A stretch of 64,000 nucleotides of DNA from an uncultured virus (IMG/VR IMGVR_UViG_3300042274_000333) (taxonomy: Duplodnaviria > Heunggongvirae > Uroviricota > Caudoviricetes). Shown piece by piece: positions 8,056 to 17,355 of the stretch. Numbering within the stretch: position 1 is the first letter of the stretch; each line of letters begins with the position of its first letter. The position numbers and the translations under genes are program-made. Location of the stretch: IMG/VR virus record IMGVR_UViG_3300042274_000333; one strand, given 5' to 3'. The notes under the pieces are model-generated. The model did not search any database. It saw nothing but the letters and a program-made list of their open reading frames with translations, and had not been told where the DNA came from.

Positions 8056-11000
8056 ATGGCATATTTAAAAACTACTAACATATTCGGTACATTAAAAATT
8101 CACGCTTTAACACAATCTGTTAACTCCTCTACTGGTGCTTTAATAGTAGGTGGTGGCGTAGGTATAAAAAAAGATTTGTTTCTTGATGGAAACGCCACTA
8201 TAGGAGGAACTCTGTCTTTAACAGGGAGATTAAACGGCCTTAAAGTAGTAAATGTTTCAAATAAAGAACTTGATTTATCTGTTGCTTCTTTAAAAGTAGG
8301 AACAGGAACCGGTACCGGTAAAATAACTATTTCCAGTAATAACAGTACTGATAAGTCTCTTACTTTAGGGCAAAGTTTTATTTTGACAGGAGATGGTGCT
8401 AGAACTTTAACCTTAAACAATGCCAATAAAACAATTTCTGGCAACGGAACTGCTATAGCAATGGCTGGTAATTTGACTTTTGGAGGTGCTTTTACTACCT
8501 CTGGAGCCCATACTACGATCTTAAGAACTACTGGAAATACTGATTTAACATTACCTACAACTGGAACTTTAATCACAAAAGATGGCCCCGAAACTTTAAC
8601 TAGTAAAACTCTTACTAATCCTAAAATGTCTTCTGGTACTTCTATAAACGATGCAAACGGAAATGAGTTAATAAAATTTCCTACTGCTGTAGGTAGTGCT
8701 GTCAATGAAATAACTATTTCAAATGTTGCTTCAGGTGGTAGACCTTCTATAAAAGCCTCTGGTAATGATACTAACGTTTCTTTAGAGATAGGAGGAAAAG
8801 GATCAGGAGTTATATATTCTACTAGTGATATAAATTTCTCTAAAGCAAGTGATAGATTTTTAAATGTAGAGCAAACAGATGCGAACGTAGCTGGAAAAAG
8901 CCTTACGATTTCTGCTGGTAGCTCTGGAACAAGGACTACAACAGGAACTCTTCCAGGAGGAAATTTAATACTTTCTTCTGGGCAAAACGTAGGTAATACC
9001 ACTAGTAAAATATCATTTAAAGTAGCTTCAGGAACTGCTACAGGAACTATATTAAATAGTTTAAGTGAAATAGCCTATATAAATAAAGATGGATTTATTC
9101 CTTTCACCAGTAATAAATATAATTTAGGAAGTAGTACCCTTAAATGGAAAGATGCCTATTTTTCTGGAGACACCTATATATCAGGAGATACCCATATATC
9201 AGGAGATCTTATTGTAGATGGTGAAAATATAACATTAAATACTACTAAAGTGGAAGTAGAAGACAATAACATAGAGCTTGGCGCAATAGAATCACCAACA
9301 GATGAAGATGCTGATGGTGGTGGAATAACTTTAAAAAGTAATAATACAGATAAAACTATTAAATGGATTAACTTAACAGATAGCTGGACTTTTAATCAAG
9401 GCATAGACATAACTACTGGCGGGCTTAAGATAAAAGGAGCTGATGTTATAAATAGCTCTGGGCAATGGACAGGAGGAATAGCTGGAGATTTAGTTGGTGA
9501 TGTAGGTTCCGTAACTGGAACCATTACAAATGTAAAATCTGGTGCTACTATAGGTACAGTAGATGCTGGTGCTACTATTACTACTATAAGCACAGGAGCA
9601 AGATTTACTAATCACACTGGAGACATAGGAACTAATAATGGAGCTATTAGTACTAATAATGGAGCTATTAATACTAATACAGGAACTATCACCACTACTA
9701 GTGGTAATATAGGAACTATATCTGGTGGAACTATAGGAACTATATCTGGTGATGTTGATTTTACAACCCATACAGGAACTATTGATTCTAATACAGGATC
9801 TATTAATAATAGTAGTGGAGCCATAGGAACTAATACAGGAGCTATTACTAATAGTAGTGGAAATATTACTAACGTAAATAGCGAAGCTACTATTTCTAAC
9901 GTAAATAGCGGAGCTACTATTACTACTGTAAAATCTGGTGCTACTATAGGTACAGTAGATGCTGATGCTACTATTACTAACATAAGCACAGGAGTAAGAT
10001 TTACTAACCATACTGGAGACATAGGAACTAATACAGGAGCTATTAGTACTAATACAGGAACTATCACTACTAGTAGTGGTAATATAGGAACTATATCTGG
10101 CGGAACTATAGGAACTATATCTGGTGATGTTGATTTTACAACCCATACAGGAACTATCACCACTAATAACGGAGCTATCACCACTAATAACGGAGCTATT
10201 ACTAACGTAAATAGCGGAGCTACCATTACTGCTGTAAAATCTGGTGCTACTATTACTACTGTAGAATCTGGTGCTACCATTTCTACTATAGAAGCCGGAG
10301 TTAATGTTAATACAATAGCCAACGCTACAACAGTAACCAATTGTACCAATTTGATAAATTTTCCCACAAATAGTATAAACTTTACTACTAATGGCTCTAT
10401 AACTACCACAAGTACAGGAACATTAACATTAGACTCTGGGACCACTGGAGCAGTTAACATAGGTACTGGAGCTTCTGCTAAAACTATTACCATAGGTAGC
10501 ACTAGTTCTTCTGCTATTAAACTAGCTAAACTAAACACTAATGGGTTTGTTAAAACTAGTAACGCTAATGGAACTTTATACGTAGATAATACTAGTTATT
10601 TGCCTTTAGGTGGCGGAACGCTTTCTGGAACACTTACTTCTAGAGCTATTACTCCTTCTGCGAACAATACCTATGATATAGGAACTACTACCGTTAAATA
10701 CAAAAATGGTTATTTTGCTGGAACACTTTCTGCTTCTCAAGTTTATGGAGCTGTGTGGAATGATATAGCAGACTTCTTGGATTTAGATGAAGAAATAGAA
10801 ATTGAATATGGAAAAGTTTATTTTAGAAGTCAAGACAATAAAGTAACTAAAACAGCAAAGAGAGGAAATATATTTATAGGAATAGCTTCTGATACATTTG
10901 GTTTTGGAATAGGCAGAAAAGAAAATAAACCACAACTTCCTATAGCTATAGGAGGATGGGTTCTTGCTCATACTGATAAAGTGTACCCTGCAGGAACTCC

Positions 11001-11157
11001 TTTAATAGCGGGAGCTGATGGTGTTTTAATAAAGCCAAAACTATTTGAAAAGATACTTTTCCCAGAAAGAATAGTAGCTACTTTTGATAGAGAAGAAAAA
11101 GAAGAATTCTGGAATGAAAAAGAAGTAAAAGGAAGACATTGGGTTAAGGTGAAATAA
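8056..11157 (+). CDS. Long tail fibre/spike with beta-helix repeats and C-terminal chaperone-like domain
   Basis: 1033 aa, G/T/S/N-rich; YNLGSSTLKW motifs; VEDNNIELG..ADGGGITL; C-terminal VYGAVWNDIADF. Confidence 0.8.
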   Translation: MAYLKTTNIFGTLKIHALTQSVNSSTGALIVGGGVGIKKDLFLDGNATIGGTLSLTGRLNGLKVVNVSNKELDLSVASLKVGTGTGTGKITISSNNSTDKSLTLGQSFILTGDGARTLTLNNANKTISGNGTAIAMAGNLTFGGAFTTSGAHTTILRTTGNTDLTLPTTGTLITKDGPETLTSKTLTNPKMSSGTSINDANGNELIKFPTAVGSAVNEITISNVASGGRPSIKASGNDTNVSLEIGGKGSGVIYSTSDINFSKASDRFLNVEQTDANVAGKSLTISAGSSGTRTTTGTLPGGNLILSSGQNVGNTTSKISFKVASGTATGTILNSLSEIAYINKDGFIPFTSNKYNLGSSTLKWKDAYFSGDTYISGDTHISGDLIVDGENITLNTTKVEVEDNNIELGAIESPTDEDADGGGITLKSNNTDKTIKWINLTDSWTFNQGIDITTGGLKIKGADVINSSGQWTGGIAGDLVGDVGSVTGTITNVKSGATIGTVDAGATITTISTGARFTNHTGDIGTNNGAISTNNGAINTNTGTITTTSGNIGTISGGTIGTISGDVDFTTHTGTIDSNTGSINNSSGAIGTNTGAITNSSGNITNVNSEATISNVNSGATITTVKSGATIGTVDADATITNISTGVRFTNHTGDIGTNTGAISTNTGTITTSSGNIGTISGGTIGTISGDVDFTTHTGTITTNNGAITTNNGAITNVNSGATITAVKSGATITTVESGATISTIEAGVNVNTIANATTVTNCTNLINFPTNSINFTTNGSITTTSTGTLTLDSGTTGAVNIGTGASAKTITIGSTSSSAIKLAKLNTNGFVKTSNANGTLYVDNTSYLPLGGGTLSGTLTSRAITPSANNTYDIGTTTVKYKNGYFAGTLSASQVYGAVWNDIADFLDLDEEIEIEYGKVYFRSQDNKVTKTAKRGNIFIGIASDTFGFGIGRKENKPQLPIAIGGWVLAHTDKVYPAGTPLIAGADGVLIKPKLFEKILFPERIVATFDREEKEEFWNEKEVKGRHWVKVK
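9531..10157 (+). repeat. Internal duplication in fibre gene (9531-9782 vs 9927-10157)
   Basis: Near-identical 252/231-nt copies differing by one 21-nt unit. Confidence 0.85.
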
Positions 11158-11825
11158 TGAATGTAATTCATATGGCTGAAATTTATCAAATATGTAGATT
11201 TGATAAATTTGGTACTAATAAAATAAATCCACTTTTTTATGTTGATTTAGAAAATAAAGGATATGAAAATATTAGGTTTTTCTCAAAAGACAATACAGAA
11301 GTGTTTTCATTTGAAGATGATAGGTTTAAATATATAATATTACTTGGTTCTAATGAAATGAAAGATTGGATTAAGAATTTTCTTTATTTTAAAAAAAGAA
11401 TACCTTATGAGGGTACTAATCCTAAAATAAAAGTACATGGTGGCTTTATGGATATGTACCTTAAAGTACGTGAAGAAGTTTTATTAGAGGCAGAATTTTC
11501 CTCAAAACCATTGATAGTAATGGGCCATTCATTAGGTTCTGCTTTAGCAACTTTAGCATCTTTAGATATAGAATATAATACAAAAATAAAACCAGATGTT
11601 TTATTTACAGGAACTCCAAGGGTAGGTAATAAATATTTTGTAAAATCTTTTAATAACAGATTACCCTGTACTATTCGTGTAGTGAGAGGGAATGATATAG
11701 TATCTCATGTTCCTCCTAGAATATTTGGTTTTGACCATGTAGGTAAACTAAAAAAAATAGGAAATAAAAAATCTTTACACTTTATAAGGGACCATTTCAT
11801 ACAATACTATAAAGAATGTTTTTAA
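11157..11825 (+). CDS. Class 3 lipase (alpha/beta hydrolase)
   Basis: VHGGF, GHSLG, GTPRVGN, NDIVSHVPP, DH. Confidence 0.9.
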   Translation: MNVIHMAEIYQICRFDKFGTNKINPLFYVDLENKGYENIRFFSKDNTEVFSFEDDRFKYIILLGSNEMKDWIKNFLYFKKRIPYEGTNPKIKVHGGFMDMYLKVREEVLLEAEFSSKPLIVMGHSLGSALATLASLDIEYNTKIKPDVLFTGTPRVGNKYFVKSFNNRLPCTIRVVRGNDIVSHVPPRIFGFDHVGKLKKIGNKKSLHFIRDHFIQYYKECF

Positions 11826-11830
11826 AAGTC

Positions 11831-11864
11831 AAACTCCTTATATACAATAAGGAGTTTTTTTATT
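11831..11864 (+). terminator. Intrinsic terminator
   Basis: AAACTCCTTA/TAAGGAGTTT + T-run. Confidence 0.65.
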
Positions 11865-11865
11865 T

Positions 11866-12768
11866 ATGAAATACATGTTTTTTTATCACAAAAGTGATTT
11901 AGATGGATTATGTTCTGGTGCTATAGCCAAGTATTATGCAGATTTACACAACTGGGATTATTCCCTTTACCCCATAGAACACTATGATAATTTACCTTTT
12001 GACAAAATGAATAGAAACACAACTGCTTTCTTTCTTGATATTTTCCCACAGCCATATGAAGAAAGACTTCAACAAATAGTAGATGCTGGTATTCCTCAAA
12101 ATCAAATAGTGGTTTGCGACCATCATAAGACTTTTATTGACACAGGTATTCCTGAACTGGTGAGTGGAGAATGCCAAACATTCTATTCTGGATGTGAACT
12201 TACTTGGAACTGGTTGTTTCCAGACAAGGACATGCCACAGGCAGTTCATCTATTGGGAAGATACGATGTGTGGGATAAAAGTAATCCAAAGAAAAGAATA
12301 GAGCAAATCGTTCCTTTTCAGTATGGCGCAAGGATGGAACTGGTAGATCCTATTTTTGGTAAGCACGAAAACTGGGTTAGATTATTTGAAGAGGAATCTG
12401 AAAAAGAAATAACCAGGATAATAAAATTAGGAAAAGATATTCTTGCTTATGAAGAAGCAGAAAACGCAAAGACAGTACAGCAGTATGCTTTTGATGCTGA
12501 ATTTAGAGGATTAAAAGTTATTGCCTGTTGTTCTTCCAAGTTTTCTTCTAATGTGTTTGCTAGCAAATGGGACCCAGAAACATATGATGCTATGATGTGC
12601 TTCTGTATTACTAATGATTTACAGGTTAAAACTTCTTTGTATGTAGATGATAAAGAAGGAGTAGATGTATCAATAGTAGCCAAAGAAATGGGAGGTGGCG
12701 GTCATAAAGGTGCCGCTGGATTTATAGTGCCAATGGAAGACTTTTTTTCACAATTGAGGAGAATATGA
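11866..12768 (+). CDS. DHH/DHHA1 phosphoesterase
   Basis: DLDGLCS, LD, CDHH, GGGGHKGAAGF. Confidence 0.9.
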   Translation: MKYMFFYHKSDLDGLCSGAIAKYYADLHNWDYSLYPIEHYDNLPFDKMNRNTTAFFLDIFPQPYEERLQQIVDAGIPQNQIVVCDHHKTFIDTGIPELVSGECQTFYSGCELTWNWLFPDKDMPQAVHLLGRYDVWDKSNPKKRIEQIVPFQYGARMELVDPIFGKHENWVRLFEEESEKEITRIIKLGKDILAYEEAENAKTVQQYAFDAEFRGLKVIACCSSKFSSNVFASKWDPETYDAMMCFCITNDLQVKTSLYVDDKEGVDVSIVAKEMGGGGHKGAAGFIVPMEDFFSQLRRI

Positions 12769-13079
12769 ATAAAATTGAAGAGTTAAAAAAGTTGAAGAAA
12801 GATTGGGATGGCTATAATGCAAACCCTATTTCAAGGAAAGCGTTGAAGAAAGCAGAAGAACTGCTTTCTTCTGGTTTAATCCCATTTGAGGAAAAATATT
12901 TAGTCCCTACTAATGATGGGACAGTTATGTTTGAAAACGCAGATGCTATAATTGAAATAACTGATACGAAGTTTGAGATTTATGTAGACAAAGGGCATGA
13001 AGAAATAGAAGAAGAATTTTCTTTTAGACAAAAGAAAAAGATGTTAGATTTTATTGCGGAGCATGTGCCAGCAGTATGA
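12765..13079 (+). CDS. Hypothetical protein (DWDGYNA motif)
   Basis: ORF coupled to DHH gene. Confidence 0.7.
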   Translation: MNKIEELKKLKKDWDGYNANPISRKALKKAEELLSSGLIPFEEKYLVPTNDGTVMFENADAIIEITDTKFEIYVDKGHEEIEEEFSFRQKKKMLDFIAEHVPAV

Positions 13080-13110
13080 TAGGAAAGATACTTATAAAGA
13101 AGGTATATAC

Positions 13111-13824
13111 ATGAGCACATTGCGAGATTTTATAAAATTGAAAAACCCTTTAATCCTTGAGGGAAGAAATACTAAAATAATAAAAGGAGCCGTTGTCTAT
13201 CCAAGAGATGTATCCAGAAAAGCATTTTCTAAAAAACTTGATGATAATGGCTTTAAGAACTTACTCATTGCCTCTATTAACAGATTGTCTAAAATGGAGA
13301 GTACAGGAAGGAAGTTTGATACTATAGGATCAACCCAAAATGTAGTAGCAGTAGGATTACCAATAGAGGACGATGAATATGACGATTTAGATGATGGTGA
13401 TAACGTTCATTATGTTTTAAATCTTGCTGGACAAACTTTTTATATACTACCAAGTGGGATAGCTATAAGTAAGAAATTTTGGATAGAACATTTTGAGGAT
13501 GGGAAAAGGATTTTTGAAGAGGCAGAAAGATTACTTTCACAAGAAACAAAAAGAACTGCAAAAAAGCTTAATCAAAAACCAAGAAAAGATGATTCAAAAC
13601 TCACAAAGATTTTAGAGAATGATAATGATAAAAAAGAATTCTTTGCTCTCTTAAGAAGCAAAGTTCAAGAAATGGAAAAAGAGAAATGGGACATAAACCG
13701 ATTTACTTTTACTATAAAAAACAACAAGGAAAAGTTTTCTATAATACATGGCAAAGAGCCAAATAGGTATATAGTTAAGAGAATGATTAATGGTAAGACT
13801 TATGGACTCACCTTAAAGGTTTGA
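13111..13824 (+). CDS. Hypothetical protein
   Basis: ATG 13111 with AAGG RBS. Confidence 0.7.
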   Translation: MSTLRDFIKLKNPLILEGRNTKIIKGAVVYPRDVSRKAFSKKLDDNGFKNLLIASINRLSKMESTGRKFDTIGSTQNVVAVGLPIEDDEYDDLDDGDNVHYVLNLAGQTFYILPSGIAISKKFWIEHFEDGKRIFEEAERLLSQETKRTAKKLNQKPRKDDSKLTKILENDNDKKEFFALLRSKVQEMEKEKWDINRFTFTIKNNKEKFSIIHGKEPNRYIVKRMINGKTYGLTLKV

Positions 13825-14975
13825 TAATGAAAAAAGAAATACTATTACCCGAACATTATGAAATCGCTAAAAGAAGTTTATACTTGGCTAATATCTTTAT
13901 AAAAGAAGATAAACGAAAAGCAGAGGCTAAATTTGTCGCAGAGGGTTATCATTATACTCTAAATTTTAAAAAATATGAGGCAAAAGATGTATATCTTTTA
14001 GAAACTATTTCTGGCGAAGAAGTTGTATACAGAAAATATATACAATCACCTAAACATCTTATAGAGTCCTTTGAGGAACTCTACACAGAAGAGGTAAAAA
14101 GCAATGCCACTCTTATTCACTATACTACTATTGATGGCTTATTGGGTATTTTACGAAGCGGAAGAATAAAAGGGAGCAAATTAATACCAGGCGGAAGAAT
14201 AGCACAATCGTTTACTAACGACCAATCTGAAATAGCTTTTACAAGAAGAAGTCATGATAGGAATACAAGAAAAGAAGTAGATGGAGTAAATTCCTCTAAA
14301 CATGCTTCTAACAAAACTGTTGGCGAGGAAATTCGTATTTATGTTAACAAAGAGGAAGTATTAAAGCGGGTAAGACATGCTAAAGCTAATAAAATTTCAG
14401 AAGCTGGGAAATATATAGCAGATAGTGAAAAAACACATAGAAGTTATATGGAAACTGAAAAAAATATGTATCTTAAAAGTCTTCCCAAGAAAGTAGAGTA
14501 CACCAAAGAGTTAGAAACAAAAGCAAGGTCTTTATTTAACACCCTTATTAAAAAAATATATAATGTGCTTAATAATAGTAAAAGGTATGGATATACTTAT
14601 GATACGGTAGATGAAATTCCTAAAAGGATTTTAGAAGAAGTAATAAGTGAAGTATATACTTGGGCAAAAGATGATTATAATACGTTAGCTGTACTTGGAA
14701 CTATATTAAAAACCTACCTTTTAAACAGAGCAGAATGGGATGAACAAAAACCTTATATAAGAACAGGTGAAGAACGTATATATTTTAAGAAGGCAAAAGA
14801 TAAAGATTTAACTGGTATACCAGTGGATAAAAAGTTTATGAGAATACGTATTCTTCCTAATGGTGCAAAGTATGCAGAAGAAAATAAAGAGCTGCATGAT
14901 CTTGTGGTAAAGTATCAAAATGTATTCTTAAAAGATGAAAACTATAAAAAGTTTTTAGAGGCAACAAATAAATGA
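13821..14975 (+). CDS. Hypothetical protein, possible ART-fold domain
   Basis: LIHYTTIDGLLGILRSGRI, IAFTR, EERI. Confidence 0.45.
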   Translation: MIMKKEILLPEHYEIAKRSLYLANIFIKEDKRKAEAKFVAEGYHYTLNFKKYEAKDVYLLETISGEEVVYRKYIQSPKHLIESFEELYTEEVKSNATLIHYTTIDGLLGILRSGRIKGSKLIPGGRIAQSFTNDQSEIAFTRRSHDRNTRKEVDGVNSSKHASNKTVGEEIRIYVNKEEVLKRVRHAKANKISEAGKYIADSEKTHRSYMETEKNMYLKSLPKKVEYTKELETKARSLFNTLIKKIYNVLNNSKRYGYTYDTVDEIPKRILEEVISEVYTWAKDDYNTLAVLGTILKTYLLNRAEWDEQKPYIRTGEERIYFKKAKDKDLTGIPVDKKFMRIRILPNGAKYAEENKELHDLVVKYQNVFLKDENYKKFLEATNK

Positions 14976-15529
14976 AATTATTTAAAACATTACTAGAGCA
15001 TGAAGGTCCCGTATCTGATTTTGCTATTGGATATGCAGAATCCAGTAGGTTTGCAAATAGCAGCATTGGATATCCTGATTTAGATAAACTACAGAAAAAT
15101 GATGGAGTAAAGCCAGAGTGGTTTTATGATGTAAGAGATAGAGGAGATGCTTCCGAGATGGTAGCAATACACCAGTATGTAGATAACTCATCAGAGTTTG
15201 AGGAATATGCTGATTTGGCTCTTGGTGTTGGTATTGTAGAAATGATACACCTAGACCGTCTTACAGATGTCATAATGGCCCTTGGTGGCTCCGTGAAGCG
15301 ACATTGGAGCAATAAAGCACAAGTATTCGGCAAAGACGTAAAAGATGCAGTGAGCAACGATATTAAGGCAGAGAAGCAAGCTATAAAAGATTATACCCAG
15401 CTTCTTAAAAAATTAGAACCTATTAAAACAAACACTGGCATAGCTTGTCATGCGCTTGTTAAAAAATTATTAGCAGATGAAGAGCACCATTTGAAACTAT
15501 TAGAACAGTTTCAAAGAACTCTTTCCTGA
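14972..15529 (+). CDS. Ferritin-like di-metal protein (rubrerythrin/Mn-catalase-like)
   Basis: SEMVAIHQY, EMIH, AEKQAIKDY, DEEHH. Confidence 0.85.
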   Translation: MKLFKTLLEHEGPVSDFAIGYAESSRFANSSIGYPDLDKLQKNDGVKPEWFYDVRDRGDASEMVAIHQYVDNSSEFEEYADLALGVGIVEMIHLDRLTDVIMALGGSVKRHWSNKAQVFGKDVKDAVSNDIKAEKQAIKDYTQLLKKLEPIKTNTGIACHALVKKLLADEEHHLKLLEQFQRTLS

Positions 15530-15610
15530 TATATTTCGTAATCTCCTTCCTTAGCCCCAGAGTAATCTGGGGTTTTTCTTTCGTAAAGATACTTACATGG
15601 AGAATGTGAT

Positions 15611-16495
15611 ATGAATAAAGAACTTGAAAGAGCAAAAAATAAATTAAAAAAGTATCTTGGGGAAGAGGATATTACGCTAAAAGAAGAAAACTCAAGATGG
15701 CAATATGAAGACGGAAGAGGTGTTGTTTGCACTGGAACTTTTTTAAAACACCAAGAAGGTCAAGGTTCAGACGTTACTTATTTTTTCAAGAATGATAAAA
15801 CAGGAAATGTAGATGCAGTTTCTGGTTCAAAGCTTAAAAAAGCGAAAAAACTTCCTAGCAAATCTACTTTAAAAGAAGCTAAAGATGATTACCAAATATA
15901 TCATAAATCATATTCTGGTGCTATTAGTGAAGCTAGAAGACAATGCGAAGAAAAAGGTTTATTTTGGAACGACAATGAAGTATTTAACAAAATTTCAGTA
16001 GGTCCAAAGAAACCAGCAGAAGGCAAAACTAATAAATTCTATTTACAACTTTATACTAAAGATGGAGAGCCAGCAGGAAAAGTGGTTCATATCCAGGTAT
16101 ATGGCATGGGAGAAAAGTATGAGCTTAATATGTATTTTGCTCCTTTAAGAAAAAACAAATACGACCATTATGAAGAAGTAAAAAATACTAACAGAAAGGC
16201 TCTCATTGAAGACATTAAAGAACTTGCAGGGGTATTATCAGAGTCTTCAAGGTTAGCAGATAAGAAAGCTGAAATAAGAAAAGCAGTAATCCGTGCCGAA
16301 ACTACTGGTGCTCCTATCAAGAAAACCTTAAAGAGATTAACTTCTAGATTTGGTGTTCCTGTTGTTCTAGAAGACCCAGACGATGATGATTTAGAAGGAT
16401 TTTTCCTAGTAGATATAGATAAGTTAAAAGGCGGAAATGAAGAAAGTTTCGTTTCTTATGTTCGCAATGATATGAAAGATGTAGATGTACTATAA
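15611..16495 (+). CDS. Hypothetical protein
   Basis: Long ORF, GGAG RBS. Confidence 0.7.
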   Translation: MNKELERAKNKLKKYLGEEDITLKEENSRWQYEDGRGVVCTGTFLKHQEGQGSDVTYFFKNDKTGNVDAVSGSKLKKAKKLPSKSTLKEAKDDYQIYHKSYSGAISEARRQCEEKGLFWNDNEVFNKISVGPKKPAEGKTNKFYLQLYTKDGEPAGKVVHIQVYGMGEKYELNMYFAPLRKNKYDHYEEVKNTNRKALIEDIKELAGVLSESSRLADKKAEIRKAVIRAETTGAPIKKTLKRLTSRFGVPVVLEDPDDDDLEGFFLVDIDKLKGGNEESFVSYVRNDMKDVDVL

Positions 16496-16868
16496 GGATA
16501 ATGAAATGTTAGGATTAAGAGATTATATTAAAAATAAAAAATCTATGGACTTGGAAAAGCAACAGGAACAAGATAGAAGAACCAAAGTAAACAACAAGCA
16601 TTCTTCTTCTGTACATCAATTTCTTGCTCACGCAAAAGGAACAGGAAATGAGAAACTCCTTAAAGCATCCCAAATACTCACTGATTATATGAATGGCGAA
16701 GGTCATGGCAGTGATGTAAGAAAAGAGCTTAATAGCTTGCTTGACGATAGTCTATTGAGAAGGTTTGGGTTATGGGGAGAATATAGAGCAGTAGTAAACT
16801 CTGTATTTCTCAATAGACCAAAGGCTATGCTAGAGGAAGTATTAAAAGAGCTTAAACAAATAGAATAG
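16485..16868 (+). CDS. Hypothetical protein
   Basis: Operonic ORF. Confidence 0.65.
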   Translation: MYYKDNEMLGLRDYIKNKKSMDLEKQQEQDRRTKVNNKHSSSVHQFLAHAKGTGNEKLLKASQILTDYMNGEGHGSDVRKELNSLLDDSLLRRFGLWGEYRAVVNSVFLNRPKAMLEEVLKELKQIE

Positions 16869-16875
16869 GTATTTA

Positions 16876-17286
16876 ATGAAATTAGAAGAACTATTAAACG
16901 AAGATTTAACACTTATTAAATTTAAATATCTCAATGCTAAACATAATAAACGCCCAAGAGTTAAGGTGCTAGATTACAACTATAAGGGAAGAAAAGGGCA
17001 AAAAACTTACGGGCAGAGACATGATGTTTTAGGATTTAATCTTAACTATTTTAAAAAGAAAAGAGAAGGAAGATTAGCCCTTGATGATATTGATAGTTTT
17101 GCACGCTTACTTAAAGCAGACAACAAAGAAAAATATCAAAGAATAAAAGATTTTTACCCAGACGCTGTTCCTTATATAAGAAGATACCAGAAAAAATATA
17201 TAAAGAATATGAAAATAAAGAAAGGGCTACTTTGGTATCCTGCTGATTGGGCCGAGGCAGAGGCCAAAAATAAACAGGATATATAG
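16876..17286 (+). CDS. Basic protein, weak resemblance to T4 gp2 DNA end protector
   Basis: FKY..KH..P..LGFNLNY..IRRY pattern; function call is weak. Confidence 0.35.
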   Translation: MKLEELLNEDLTLIKFKYLNAKHNKRPRVKVLDYNYKGRKGQKTYGQRHDVLGFNLNYFKKKREGRLALDDIDSFARLLKADNKEKYQRIKDFYPDAVPYIRRYQKKYIKNMKIKKGLLWYPADWAEAEAKNKQDI

Positions 17287-17355
17287 AAGATGGTTTTTTA
17301 ATCATCTTCTTTTTTTTAGAAAAGATAAGAGAGTATAGGAAAAAGGAAAGAAAAT

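Noticed and set aside
9531..10157. DGR template/variable repeat pair
   Set aside because: Both copies are in frame in one gene, differences are not adenine-specific, and there is no reverse transcriptase in the window.
8100..10538. Long minus-strand ORFs (8100..9002, 9490..10146, 9612..10538)
   Set aside because: Antisense shadows of the repetitive fibre gene.
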